A stretch of 64,000 nucleotides of DNA from assembly GCA_963813715.1 (NCBI GenBank), contig CAWFAK010000016.1, forward strand, positions 32,001-96,000, read 5' to 3'. Within the stretch, counting starts at the first letter, position 1. Each line of letters opens with the position of its first letter. Positions 44,608 to 55,238 of the stretch are shown piece by piece. Under the pieces are notes generated by a model, which searched no databases, was not told where the DNA came from, and saw only the letters and a program-made list of their open reading frames with translations. The stretch is from an uncultured Planctomycetaceae bacterium (lineage in GTDB: Bacteria; Planctomycetota; Planctomycetia; Planctomycetales; Planctomycetaceae). A program made the position numbers and the translations under genes.

Positions 44608-45714
44608 ATGACGCCGCCCGTCCCCGCAGCGGCGCCCAATCCCGCACCTGACGACCGGGCCTTCGGACCTTCGGCCGAACTGCGACAATTGCGATTGCGC
44701 GCGGAGCTGCTCGAATTCACGCGGGCGTTTTTTCGCTCGCGCGGCCTCTGGGAAGTCGAGACGCCCCTGCTCTCGCGCGACATCGTTGTCGACGCATACC
44801 TCGAACCCTTCGTTACCCGCAGCGATGCCGGCAGCGATTGTCGGCCCGCTCCGCGCGAGCACGAACTCTTTTTGCAAACGTCACCCGAATTCGCGATGAA
44901 GCGACTGCTTGCCGCCGGCGCCTCGGACATTTTTCAGCTCACGCGCTCGTTCCGCCGTGGCGAGGTTGGCCGCCTGCACAACCCCGAGTTCACAATTCTG
45001 GAGTGGTATCACAAAGGTGCGACGTACCACGACGAAATGACGTTCGTCGAAGACTTCGTCGCGGCCTTCTGGGACGAGGCGGCACGCCTGATCGCCGCCG
45101 AACCGTCGGCTGAGGGACACACAGCGTCGACTCGTCCGGCCCCCGTTCCGCTGGCACGCCCCTTCCCGCGACTGACGTACGACGAACTCTTTCAGAGCGT
45201 GCTGGGAACGAGCGTTCTGGATCAGTCCACTGCGCAGCTTGGGGAGTTGGCCCGCGCCTGCGGCATCGCGCCGCCGCCAGGGCTGGCCGACGACGACCAC
45301 GACGGCTGGCTCAACCTGCTGTTGGCGCTCAAAGTGGAACCAGAACTGGCAAAGCAACGGGCCGCGTTCGTCTACGACTACCCGGCCGGCCAGGCGGCCT
45401 TGGCCCGCGTTCGCGAAAGCAAGCCGCCGGTCGCCGAGCGGTTCGAGCTGTATCTCGCGGGCATCGAAATTTGTAACGGCTACCAGGAACTGACGGACGC
45501 AGACGAATTGCGCCGGCGGATTGCCGTCCAGCAGGGGCTGCGGCGGCGGGAGGGGAGCCGGCCGCTACCCGCAGAAAGCCGTCTGCTCGCCGCCATGGAC
45601 TTTGGCTTGCCCGAGTGCTCCGGGGTGGCGCTTGGTTTCGACCGTCTGCTCATGACGGCAGTCGGCGCGACCTCGCTGTCGGAGGTGATCGCCTTTCCCT
45701 TCGACCGGGCCTGA
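44608..45714 (+). CDS. epmA: EF-P lysine aminoacylase (GenX/PoxA)
   Basis: LQTSPEFAMKRLL, HNPEFTILEWY, ERFELY, GVALGFDRL. No anticodon-binding domain. Confidence 0.93.
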   Translation: MTPPVPAAAPNPAPDDRAFGPSAELRQLRLRAELLEFTRAFFRSRGLWEVETPLLSRDIVVDAYLEPFVTRSDAGSDCRPAPREHELFLQTSPEFAMKRLLAAGASDIFQLTRSFRRGEVGRLHNPEFTILEWYHKGATYHDEMTFVEDFVAAFWDEAARLIAAEPSAEGHTASTRPAPVPLARPFPRLTYDELFQSVLGTSVLDQSTAQLGELARACGIAPPPGLADDDHDGWLNLLLALKVEPELAKQRAAFVYDYPAGQAALARVRESKPPVAERFELYLAGIEICNGYQELTDADELRRRIAVQQGLRRREGSRPLPAESRLLAAMDFGLPECSGVALGFDRLLMTAVGATSLSEVIAFPFDRA

Positions 45715-45734
45715 CCACCGGAGTGCTCGCTGCA

Positions 45735-46218
45735 CTAGCGGTGTGGCCCCGTGATTGACGCGATTATCATGAGGATGACGAAACCAAGGGCCAGAAGCAG
45801 CGAGATGGCCAGGCTGATGATTGCCAGCGTCCGCCAGACAGTGCGCCGCTTGAATGTCGCTGCCAGTGCAATGGCTGCCAAAGCGATTCCCAAGAACGGA
45901 AACCAACAGAGCAAAATCGCCAGAACGCTTACGCGCCTTTGCCACGAACGAGATCGAGAACGATAAAAACGGACTGATGTCCGAATTGGCATGTTGTCGC
46001 AAATCATCGAGAGTCAATTGCGACAGAAGATGAGCGTGGCACGTGCCGCAGATCACGTAGGTGTTTCGCACGAAGAACAGCGGAATCAGGTGCAATGCCC
46101 GGAAGGTCTCGTGCCGTTCATACGATTCGCCCGCGGCCGCCGGAGCAAGACACGCGGGACACGCGAACTGAACGCGAGGACCGGGCGTGTCTCGACTGTG
46201 CACGCTCCATAAAACCAT
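45735..46218 (-). CDS. Hypothetical zinc-ribbon membrane protein; frameshift near 45935
   Basis: CPAC...LIPLF...CGTC followed by hydrophobic helices in the adjacent frame. Confidence 0.55.
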
Positions 46219-46362
46219 CGAAGTTGTCCTCGGACGGTGCCAAAGCGCGAAGACGCGGCTCAGTCGCGTCGCGGGGTCCCTTCGGGTCTGACTTCGCCGA
46301 ACTCAGTCGATCCGAGCCTGGCGGTCGAAGGCAGTCGAGCCGACCAATCGATCTGAATCGCT

Positions 46363-46875
46363 CTAAAATTCCGAGCTGATCACTTCACTGCCGTTGCGTG
46401 TGGCCAGCTTTCGCAAGATCCGCATCGATGTTCTTGACGATCGCTCGCGCGGAGCCATCAGCAAAGGCAAAGATGCAGGCATTTTCGTGCGTGCTGCCGA
46501 AGCTGAAAAACTGCAGTGGGAGGTTCACGCTGATTTGGATGTTGGGATACTCTCCCGGGTTCCCGTTGTAAACGGCACAGGGGATGTACCAGTAAGAGTC
46601 GAAGTCGAGCCGGTCGTTGCGGAACCGGCGCAACAGCTCGATCCGTCGCCCCATAAGCCGAACCGCGAGTCGCCCATCAGCAGCGTTTCCGACGTTCCAT
46701 CGGTCACATCCTGCATGCGCACGGCACTGTTGGGCTGAACGGCCGGCAGCAACAGCGCTGCCAGCACGGCAATCACGGCGATCACGACCAGCAATTCGAT
46801 GAGCGTGAATGCTCGCTGGCGCCGCGGCCCCATTTGCACGTCCGTCGCCGCCCTGAGCCGTCTCGTCAGACTCAT
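46363..46875 (-). pseudogene. Internally deleted DUF1559 prepilin-like paralog
   Basis: [26 protein letters not shown] joined directly to [19 protein letters not shown]...HENACIFAFADGS...RNGSEVISSEF*. Small frame breaks near 46628 and 46420. Confidence 0.75.
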
Positions 46876-47089
46876 GGTTCTTAACCTCGGGCCAAAAGCG
46901 CCGGGGTTGATCCGAGATTGGCTGGCAGAAGTGCACGCACTTCGACTGACCCGTGCTTGCAACCGGGATGAGCCGCAGGCAGAAGACGCCGAGAACAAAC
47001 TCTGGCCGCTCGGCGCCTTGGCGGGCAAACGGGGGTGCCCCGACCTCCGCCGAACGCTCAAACTCGTACCGAATGGGATACGGTTGGCT

Positions 47090-48253
47090 CTAGTATTCCG
47101 AGCTGACGATGTCGCCGGCGCCGCGGGTGGCCAGCTTGCGGAGGATCGATGCGTCGATGTTTTTGACGATCGGCCGCGACGAGCCGTCCGCGAAGGCGAA
47201 CACGCACGCGTTCTCATGCGTGCTGCCGAAGCTAAAGAACTGCAGGGGATCAACTACGTCCGTGTTGATGAGCGGGTACTCGTTACCTGCGCTGTTGAGC
47301 ACGGCGTTATAGATCTGCCAGTAGGAATCGAAATCGAGGCGATCGTTGCGGAACCGAGCGCAACAGCTCGAGCCGTCGGCCCAGAGCCCGAATCGCGAGT
47401 CACCCATCAAGAGCGTCTGCGAAGTCCCGTCGGTGACGTCCTGCATGCGGACGGCGCTGTTGGGATACAACATGCCGTTCGTCAGCCAGAGGGCGCTGCT
47501 GTAGTTCACGTCGCCTACCGGCTCCGAGCCCATCACGCCGCGGTAGGTGGCGAAGGCCAAACCGGCCGGGCGGGCCTGCGGTAACAGCTCTGAGGGGCAG
47601 ATGAACGTGGGGATCGGCGTTTTGATGAGCTGGAGATTGGTCGGGAGATCCTTGGCCCAGGTGAAATAGGGGCCCGAATAGCTCGTGTTGTCGATGCCGA
47701 AGATCAGCTGGCTGAAAACATTCTGCTGCTCGATCTGCGGGAGGATGAAGGCGTGCCAGCTCCAGGGAGCGGCAATCGACAAGTAGCTGATCGTCACCGG
47801 TGTGGGCGGATTGGTGATCGGAATCAGCAAGCCGGTAACCGGGTCATACTGGTTCATCGTGCCGAGCTGGAACGGGGGAAACGTTCCGGCACTCGGAACG
47901 TTCGTGCCGGCGGCCGGCGGCAGCGTGCCGAACGGGGCCAGTGGCGGATTCTGGTAGGCGGTTGCCGTGTTCTGTCCGTCGAAGAACAGATCCAGATCGC
48001 CGGGCGGGAAGGTCTGATTCACGTCGACATAATTGTGGCACGCCAGCGCGAGGTTTTTCAGGTTGTTGAGGCATTGCGTGCGGCGGGCCGCTTCACGGGC
48101 CCGTTGCACGGCGGGCAGCAGCAGGGCCGCCAGCACCGCGATCACGGCGATGACTACCAGCAGCTCGATGAGCGTGAAACCACGCTTGCTGCGAGTTGTA
48201 TTTGCACCGTGCACCAACCCGTTCGTCCTCCCGTGCCGACTGATCAGACTCAT
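47090..48253 (-). CDS. DUF1559 prepilin-type protein
   Basis: [34 protein letters not shown]-x9-DG ([12 protein letters not shown]). Confidence 0.92.
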   Translation of the reverse strand: MSLISRHGRTNGLVHGANTTRSKRGFTLIELLVVIAVIAVLAALLLPAVQRAREAARRTQCLNNLKNLALACHNYVDVNQTFPPGDLDLFFDGQNTATAYQNPPLAPFGTLPPAAGTNVPSAGTFPPFQLGTMNQYDPVTGLLIPITNPPTPVTISYLSIAAPWSWHAFILPQIEQQNVFSQLIFGIDNTSYSGPYFTWAKDLPTNLQLIKTPIPTFICPSELLPQARPAGLAFATYRGVMGSEPVGDVNYSSALWLTNGMLYPNSAVRMQDVTDGTSQTLLMGDSRFGLWADGSSCCARFRNDRLDFDSYWQIYNAVLNSAGNEYPLINTDVVDPLQFFSFGSTHENACVFAFADGSSRPIVKNIDASILRKLATRGAGDIVSSEY

Positions 48254-48673
48254 GTTTCTGTCCTTGCGCCAAAGCGCCGGGCTGGTTCGGAAATTCGCAG
48301 CCAGGGAAGCACAGCCTTCATCTGGCCCAGAGATTCGGGCGTCGATCGGGGAATTGGCAAAATCCCCTTTGATTTAACCCCGCACCAAGGTGGGAAGGTT
48401 CGGTGCGAAAACGGGATCTTGAATTATGTTGCGCCAGCGGCGACCGCGACTCATCTCTTTTGGGGATTACCGCGGGCAATTCATTCGGGGCCGGGACTGG
48501 ATTTCGATCCGCTCTCCCTTCATTCTACGACAGGGCCGAACGTTTTGCGACAGACCGCCTTAGGGCGTCCGGATGTCCATTCAGAAACGGGCTGCGACCG
48601 GGGAATTCCCGCCGCCACTCGCCCATTTCCGCCGATTGTCGGGCGGAAGAGGTCGCCAACGGCCAAAAGCCGC

Positions 48674-50311
48674 TCAACCGCGGACCAGCCAGGGGAGCGG
48701 AGCGCCGGCCGGGGGAAGCTGGACAAGTTCTACGGCCTGGACCTCTTGATGCTTGGCCAGCTCGTCCAGGGCCTCGCGCGAGGGGGCATTGTCGAGATTC
48801 AGCACGGCCACGGAGTTGCCTCCCGGCTCGTTCCGTTCGCGACCCAGGGCCATGTGGGCGATGTTGACGCTGTGCTTGCCCAGAATCGTGCCGATGAAAC
48901 CAATGAGCCCGGGCACGTCGCGGTGGCGGTAGATCAGCATCAGGCCGTCGAGATAGGCATCGAGGTGGAAGTTGCCCAGTCGCACGAGCCGCAGGAACTC
49001 GGTGCCGAACGTCGTGCCGGCGGCGTGCAGCTCGCCGCTGTTGGTGACGACCGTCGCTGTGATCAAGGTCGAGAAATTGCCCGCCTCGCTGGTGGACGAC
49101 TCGGTGATCTCGATGCCCCGCTCCTTGGCGAGAAGCTCGGCGTTGACGATGTTCGCCTGCTCTTCGAGCGCCGACTCCAACAGGCCGGCCGCGAAACTGG
49201 CGGTCATCAACTTGGTTTTTTTGGACGCCGCTTCGCCTCGATATTGAATGCGGGCCGAGCGAACCGCGCCGCCGCGGCTCTGCTGCGCGAGCAACAGGCC
49301 CAGTCGACGAGCCAGGTCGAGGTGCTGTTCGACGTCTTCCATTTCCTTCGCGGAGATCGGCGCCATGTTGACGGCGTAGCGGACTTCGTTTCTCAGCAGA
49401 AAGCCGGCAAGAATTTCAGCCGCTTCGATCGCCACCAATTCCTGCGCTTCGTCGGTTGACGCGCCGAGGTGGGGCGTGCACATCGCGTTTGGCAGCGCGG
49501 GCAGCGGGTTGTCGACCGGCGGCTCTTTGGTAAAGACGTCGAGCGCGGCGCCTGCCACGTGGCCCGATTTGAGTGCTTCGGCAAGGTCGGCTTCGTCGAT
49601 GATCCCGCCGCGGGCGCAGTTGATGATGCGGACACCCTTTTTCATCCGCGCCAGCCGGGCCGCATTGATGATGCCGCGGGTCTCCTCGGTCAGCGGCGTA
49701 TGCACGGTAAGATAATCGCACTGCTCGGTCATCGGGTCGACCTCGCGAAATAGCTCGATGCCGTGCTCGCGGGCCCGCTCGGGCGAAAGGAAGGGATCGT
49801 AGCCGAGCACGCGCATCTCGAGGCCGCGGGCCCGCTCGGCTACCGCCAGTCCGATGCGACCCAAGCCCAGCACGGCCAGCGTTTTGCCGGCAAGCTGCGT
49901 CCCCGTGAACTTGCTCCGCTCCCACTTGCCGGCCCGCATGCTGGCGACGGCCTGCGGAATGTTTCGCGACAGCGACATCATCATCGCGATCGTGTGCTCG
50001 GCCGTGCTGGTGGTGTTGCCGGCCGGCGTGTTCATCACCACGATGCCCTCGCGCGTGGCCGCTGCCAGGTCGATGTTGTCGACGCCGACGCCCGCGCGGA
50101 CGATCACCTTGAGCCGCCGCTGGCCCTTGAGCAAAGCCTCGGTCAGCTTGGTCGCGCTGCGGATGATGATCGCGTCGGATTCGCCCAGCGCTTCGCGGAC
50201 TTGTTCCGGCGTCAGTCCCGAGCGAACGTCGACTTCGATCTCCGGCGAAGCGTCGCGAAGGATTTGCAGTCCCGCGGGGGACAAGTTGTCAGTAATCAGA
50301 ATGCGGTACAT
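48674..50311 (-). CDS. serA: D-3-phosphoglycerate dehydrogenase
   Basis: RAGVGVDNID, GLGRIG, NCARGG, TPHLGAST, C-terminal ACT domain. Confidence 0.95.
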   Translation of the reverse strand: MYRILITDNLSPAGLQILRDASPEIEVDVRSGLTPEQVREALGESDAIIIRSATKLTEALLKGQRRLKVIVRAGVGVDNIDLAAATREGIVVMNTPAGNTTSTAEHTIAMMMSLSRNIPQAVASMRAGKWERSKFTGTQLAGKTLAVLGLGRIGLAVAERARGLEMRVLGYDPFLSPERAREHGIELFREVDPMTEQCDYLTVHTPLTEETRGIINAARLARMKKGVRIINCARGGIIDEADLAEALKSGHVAGAALDVFTKEPPVDNPLPALPNAMCTPHLGASTDEAQELVAIEAAEILAGFLLRNEVRYAVNMAPISAKEMEDVEQHLDLARRLGLLLAQQSRGGAVRSARIQYRGEAASKKTKLMTASFAAGLLESALEEQANIVNAELLAKERGIEITESSTSEAGNFSTLITATVVTNSGELHAAGTTFGTEFLRLVRLGNFHLDAYLDGLMLIYRHRDVPGLIGFIGTILGKHSVNIAHMALGRERNEPGGNSVAVLNLDNAPSREALDELAKHQEVQAVELVQLPPAGAPLPWLVRG

Positions 50312-50408
50312 GAGCAGGACCCGATGGAGCGGTAGGACTCGAATCTTTGCGGACGGTAGCAAAGATGCGTCCCGTCGACTACCGCGCCCGGGGACTTTGA
50401 ACGGGGGC

Positions 50409-51227
50409 CTAGAAGTGCGCCGGGTCGTCGTTTCGCTCGGCAGTCACGGCCGGCGATCCGAGCGGAGCGATCGCGACGGGCGATGCCGTCGGATAGGCGG
50501 CGATCGGGTACGCGCCCGGAACGGCGGCGAACGCCGTGGCCGGCGGGCCCGGCGGGGCAAATCCGTTGGCGGAGTGCAGCGAGGCGAGCCGCGATTGCAC
50601 CTCAGGCTGCATCCAATTGCCGCGGAGCGAACGCTGGTACATGGCCGCCGCGCGCTCCGTCTGACCCGTCTCCTGATAAAGCTGTCCGAGTTGCGCGGTG
50701 GCGATCGGGTTGCCGGGGTCGAGCGCGAGCGCGTGGTACAAAGCCTGTTCGCTGGCCACGCTGTCGCCGTTCTGCCGTTCGATCCAAGCTAGCTCGATCT
50801 GGGCACCCGGATGGCGCGGCTGGGCGGCCGCCCACGTCGAGATCAGCTGCACGGACTCGGCCTGTCGCCCTTCTTCGTTCATCAGCCGTGCCAGACCGTG
50901 ATAGGCCGGTTGATGGCCCGGATCGAGCTGGATCGCCCGTCGATAATTCTGCTCGGCCCCGCTGGGATCCCCGGTGTGATTGAGCGCGCAGGCCAGGTTG
51001 TAAGTAAACGACGCATTGAGCGGTTCGTCGGCCACGGCTCTCGAGAATTGCACGCGGGCCGCGACGTAATTCCCCTGCCGATAGTCCCACATGCCGACCT
51101 GATTGTTCACGTGGCCGGTCATGGAGTTGCAGCCGCAGCTGGCCAAAGCCGCCACGGCGAGCAACCAACCCAAGGGCTGGAGGCGTTGCCGTCGAGCAGC
51201 GATCGCAAACTCGACTGGTGCCGACAT
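50409..51227 (-). CDS. TPR-repeat lipoprotein
   Basis: LASCGC lipobox; TPR units such as YRRAIQLDP and ALALDP. Confidence 0.75.
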   Translation of the reverse strand: MSAPVEFAIAARRQRLQPLGWLLAVAALASCGCNSMTGHVNNQVGMWDYRQGNYVAARVQFSRAVADEPLNASFTYNLACALNHTGDPSGAEQNYRRAIQLDPGHQPAYHGLARLMNEEGRQAESVQLISTWAAAQPRHPGAQIELAWIERQNGDSVASEQALYHALALDPGNPIATAQLGQLYQETGQTERAAAMYQRSLRGNWMQPEVQSRLASLHSANGFAPPGPPATAFAAVPGAYPIAAYPTASPVAIAPLGSPAVTAERNDDPAHF

Positions 51228-51468
51228 AAACGCACGAAATCCGCGGCGAGCGATCCGCACCGGACACACGTTCGGACGAGGGAAGTCCAGGCGCAGACGG
51301 CCGTTAGGGAATCCGAAGAGAGAGATCGAAAGGTGCGGCAATTTAGCGATCGGCAAAATCTGCCGCAAGAGCGCTTTCGACCCGCATTCCGGCTGTAAAT
51401 GCCACCGAAATTGACCCGCTGGTTCTTGACGCCGCCCAGCCGCAATCAGAGTCGCGCGGCGGGCGCGA

Positions 51469-52656
51469 TCAGCCGTTGGAATCGGACGGCGTGTCGGTTC
51501 TGTCGCTCTTACGCGGCTTGCGGGTGCTCTTGCTCGGGCGGGTCTTCTTGGGTTTGGACGAGGCGTGCTCGTCACCGATCTTGGAGAGAACCAGTTCATT
51601 CCCGTTGATCGAGAAATTGAACTTCGAGAGAAACGTCATCCCCAAGAGCAGCGGGGCATTTTTCGCGTCCTCCGGCAGGACGCAGCACTCGACGTGTTCC
51701 GCCGTAAACTTGCCGACGCGGACCGAATCGAGCACCGCCAGCTTGCTCTTCACCTTCGAGCCGTCGGCGATCGTCGCGATCATCGTGATCGACGAGTCTT
51801 CCGGCTTCCACCCGCACTCGACGGCCACGTTGTGCGGCAGCACCACCTGGGTGGCGCCTGTATCGACGATCATCTCCTGCGCTTTGCCGTTGACGACGAC
51901 GGTCGCGTAATAGCTGTTCCCTTCGCGACGCAGCGGAATTTTTTCGGAGACGACGGTCTTTTCGAGCTGTTCCAGCTTCTTCATGCTGTTGAGGAAGTAA
52001 CTCGACGGCTTGATCGTGAACGACGTATTGGCGGCCGAATTCCACTCCGAGAGCGCGGCCTGGGCGTCCGCGTCGGACTTGAGCGCGGCGTAGCGCTCGG
52101 ACAGCCGGTCGACGAGCGTCCGGATTTCGGCAACCTGCTGCACATACGCCTCGCGAGCGTCGTTCGACTTCTTGCGGACGGTGTCGAGGCCTTTCTTCGT
52201 TTGTTCCTGCGTCTGCTCGAGCAGCTTGATTTCGCCGTTGTTGGCGTTCACTTCACCCACGAGGCGGTTGTAATCCACCGGATTGTTGCGGACGTTGGCC
52301 AGCGTCGAATTGATCTCGACACTGTTTTGCAGCCGCTGACGAACGTCGGCTTGAATTTGCTCGATGCCCCGTTCGCCGGCTTGCAGCTCCTTGGCCGCCG
52401 TCACCAGTTTTCGCTTGAGCGTGTTGGCCTCGTTGAGGGCATGTGCCAGCTGCTTCTCGTCGACGAGCGACAGGCCGGAATGACTGACGCGGATGCCCTT
52501 CTCCGAGAGCTTCTTCCGGGCCGTGGTTTCGGCACTTGCCGCTTGGGCGTCCTCGCCGCTCTTACCCTCGGGAGGCGCGGTCCGGGCCGTCTGGGCATAC
52601 AGAGTCGTGCCGAAGAGAACTGCGGAAAGGAGGCCGGTGCGAATTGATCCTGCCAT
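51469..52656 (-). CDS. Secreted coiled-coil / clan AA aspartic protease (TIGR02281-like)
   Basis: Signal peptide, long coiled coil, [19 protein letters not shown]. Confidence 0.82.
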   Translation of the reverse strand: MAGSIRTGLLSAVLFGTTLYAQTARTAPPEGKSGEDAQAASAETTARKKLSEKGIRVSHSGLSLVDEKQLAHALNEANTLKRKLVTAAKELQAGERGIEQIQADVRQRLQNSVEINSTLANVRNNPVDYNRLVGEVNANNGEIKLLEQTQEQTKKGLDTVRKKSNDAREAYVQQVAEIRTLVDRLSERYAALKSDADAQAALSEWNSAANTSFTIKPSSYFLNSMKKLEQLEKTVVSEKIPLRREGNSYYATVVVNGKAQEMIVDTGATQVVLPHNVAVECGWKPEDSSITMIATIADGSKVKSKLAVLDSVRVGKFTAEHVECCVLPEDAKNAPLLLGMTFLSKFNFSINGNELVLSKIGDEHASSKPKKTRPSKSTRKPRKSDRTDTPSDSNG

Positions 52657-52925
52657 GGCACGAATTCCGCGAAAAGAGATGGGTCAGCCCTCACATCACT
52701 ATCAACTCGTCGCTGCGAGGCGGTCAAGCGGGAGCGAGGAAGCGCGGCGACGACTGGCCAGCGTCTTCATCGGTGTCTCCACCTATAGCCTCACCGGTGT
52801 CTCCAGATTTTAATGGCCGCGAAAAAGTGATCCGGTTACGATTTGGTCCGCCATCCTTCGGCCGGTGCCCGTTCTTGGACGAGCCCCGATTCTTGCTCCA
52901 CACAACTTGATGGAAGGATCCGCCG

Positions 52926-53699
52926 ATGCCGACTGCTGTTTTCTCCACGACCGAGGCTGTCCAACTCGGCGAGTTTGTGCTCGAGGCCTATAACCTTTAC
53001 GCCGGCACTGGCTTCGCGCTGCCCACGGGCTACACGCTCGTGACGCCGATTTACGCGGACGACATCACCGACGGCGATCCGGATTACAAAGTCTTTGGGT
53101 TCATCGCCCGCTCGGGTTCCGACGTCGTGGTCGCCATTCGCGGCACCGAAGGATTCTTGGAGTGGATCAGGGATTTTGAACTCATTCTGCTGCCGTTTCC
53201 GTACGCGACCGCCGGCAAGGTCGAGCAGGGCTTCAAGAACTTTTACGCGTCTTTCGTCACCGGCAACACAACCGCGTCGCCGCGGGTGATCAGCGCCCTG
53301 GCCAAACTCGTGGCCGACGGCTCGGTTAAAACACTCCGCATTGCCGGGCACAGCTTGGGCTCGGCATTGGCTACGATGCTCGCGCTCGAGCTGGCCGCCA
53401 CGAGCGTCTACGCAGATCCCGTCGTGTATACCTTCGGCAGCCCGCGCGTCGGCGACAAGGTCTTTGCCGGCACGTATGACAACCTGGTCGCGTCGAGCTG
53501 GCGGGTGGCCAACCTGAACGACCTCGTCCCGCAACTGCCGCCGCAACTGGCCGGTTACGTCCACGTCGATGCCGAAGTCCCCATCAACTCCGACGACCGT
53601 TGCCGACAGACGGTCGCCTGCTGGCACGCCCTCGATACCTACCTCAACACGCTCGATTCTTCGGTTCCCCTCGACCCGACGTGTGTGCCGGTCGCCTGA
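52926..53699 (+). CDS. Lipase class 3
   Basis: VAIRGT, GHSLG, YTFGSPRVG, DLVPQLP, late His. Confidence 0.88.
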   Translation: MPTAVFSTTEAVQLGEFVLEAYNLYAGTGFALPTGYTLVTPIYADDITDGDPDYKVFGFIARSGSDVVVAIRGTEGFLEWIRDFELILLPFPYATAGKVEQGFKNFYASFVTGNTTASPRVISALAKLVADGSVKTLRIAGHSLGSALATMLALELAATSVYADPVVYTFGSPRVGDKVFAGTYDNLVASSWRVANLNDLVPQLPPQLAGYVHVDAEVPINSDDRCRQTVACWHALDTYLNTLDSSVPLDPTCVPVA

Positions 53700-53739
53700 C
53701 CCGCAAACGAACCGGGTGCGGTTGGCGTCAGGTTTTTCC

Positions 53740-53762
53740 TCACCGGAAACTGGTGATTTCTT
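53740..53762 (+). terminator. Possible intrinsic terminator after the lipase gene
   Basis: TCACCGG-AAA-CTGGTGA followed by TTTCTT. Confidence 0.35.
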
Positions 53763-53804
53763 AGCCGTCGCAGTTTCCACCGCCAGTGCCCTTCGCTAGC
53801 ATAT

Positions 53805-53820
53805 TCTTACGATCGTAAGA
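53805..53820. promoter_or_regulatory. Perfect 16-bp palindrome, putative operator
   Basis: TCTTACGATCGTAAGA, AT-rich, 80 nt upstream of ATG 53901. Confidence 0.55.
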
Positions 53821-53900
53821 GTAACGTTTCGACCGGCGTGTGGGCCGATGGGGCACCGCGGTCGCGTCGTTGAAATCTGCAACGGCAAGGCGTGGCATCG

Positions 53901-55199
53901 ATGCGCAAAATCTCTTCCGGGGGCTCGTTCTGCTGTGGCCTGGGTGTGCTGCTCTTGCTCGCCGTCGGCCGGACAAATGCAGCCGATTGGCCCCAGTGGC
54001 TCGGGCCAGGTCGCAACGGCGTGAGCGCCGAGGCCGTGGCACCTTGGAAGGGGGCGCCCAAGGTCGTCTGGCGGCAAAAGGTCTACCAGTCCTTCAGCTC
54101 GCCGATCGTGGCCGACGGCATCGTCTTCATCCACACCTGCGTCAAAGACAAGGACATCGAAGAAGTCATCGCCCTCGACGCCGCGACCGGCAAACGGCGA
54201 TGGCACGACACCTATCCGCGGGCCAAGTATCGCAGCCAGCTCGGGGCGGGCCCGCGGGCCACGCCGAGCGTCGCAGACGGCAAACTGGTCACCTACGGCA
54301 TCACGGGCGCGCTCACGTGTTACGAAGCCCGCACCGGCGCGCGGCTGTGGCAGGTGAACCCGTACGAATCCAACAAGCTCACCCTGCCGCGCTTCGGCGT
54401 CTGCAGCTCCCCGATTCTGACGGGCGGACGGGCCGTGGTCCTGGTCGGCGGAGCGGGGTTTGCCGTCGCCGCCTACAACCTCTCAAACGGCAAGCTGGCG
54501 TGGAAAGCTCTCGACGAACCAGCGGGTTCTGCGTCACCGACGCTGCTGCCGGGCACGTCGCCGGGGTCGGAAGAGCAAATCGTCGCACAAACAACTCTGC
54601 GGCTCGCCGGTCTCAGCCCGAAGGACGGCAAGACCCGCTGGGAACAGCCTTTGGTGTTCGAGCCGTCGGGAGTCTCGCCGACTCCGTTCGTCGCCAGTGA
54701 TCTCTTGTTCTGCACGACGCAAGATAGCGGCACGATCGCCGTGACGCTGCCGGGCAAGGGGCACGCCGAGCCGTCGGTCAAATGGCGGAAGGCCGACTTC
54801 AGCGGCTACTTTTCCACGGGCACCGTCGGTCCGGAGGAAACGGTGCTGATCGTTACCAACGCGCTGGCTCCGCTGCCGCGGGCCGATCTCCGCTGCCTCG
54901 ATCCGGCGACGGGCAATGAGCTGTGGAAGAAGGAGAATCTCGGCTACTTCCACTTCGCGGTCATGTCCGTCGCAGATGGCAAGGTGCTGATCTTGGACGA
55001 CGGCGGCACCCTGCTGCTCGCCGAAGCCACGCGTAAGGGCTATCGGGAACTGGCCAAGTCGAAAGTCTGCCTCGGCACGTTCAACAGTCCGGCGCTGGCC
55101 AATGGTCGGCTGTTCGTTCGCGACAACGCCGAAGTGATCTGCCTCGATCTCTCCGCCCCGGCGACGAAGGCGGCAACGACTGCCGCGAAGACACCCTAA
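53901..55199 (+). CDS. PQQ-like beta-propeller protein (BamB-like)
   Basis: Signal peptide, ADWPQWLGPGRNG, repeated DxxTGxxxW. Confidence 0.85.
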   Translation: MRKISSGGSFCCGLGVLLLLAVGRTNAADWPQWLGPGRNGVSAEAVAPWKGAPKVVWRQKVYQSFSSPIVADGIVFIHTCVKDKDIEEVIALDAATGKRRWHDTYPRAKYRSQLGAGPRATPSVADGKLVTYGITGALTCYEARTGARLWQVNPYESNKLTLPRFGVCSSPILTGGRAVVLVGGAGFAVAAYNLSNGKLAWKALDEPAGSASPTLLPGTSPGSEEQIVAQTTLRLAGLSPKDGKTRWEQPLVFEPSGVSPTPFVASDLLFCTTQDSGTIAVTLPGKGHAEPSVKWRKADFSGYFSTGTVGPEETVLIVTNALAPLPRADLRCLDPATGNELWKKENLGYFHFAVMSVADGKVLILDDGGTLLLAEATRKGYRELAKSKVCLGTFNSPALANGRLFVRDNAEVICLDLSAPATKAATTAAKTP

Positions 55200-55238
55200 A
55201 AAAGAAGCCTGAAGAAGAGCCCTGCAGGAGTCTCGCAA

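Noticed and set aside
46400..47470. Diversity-generating retroelement (TR/VR pair) between the two DUF1559 copies
   Set aside because: Differences are not adenine-specific, many are synonymous, and no reverse transcriptase is present in the window.
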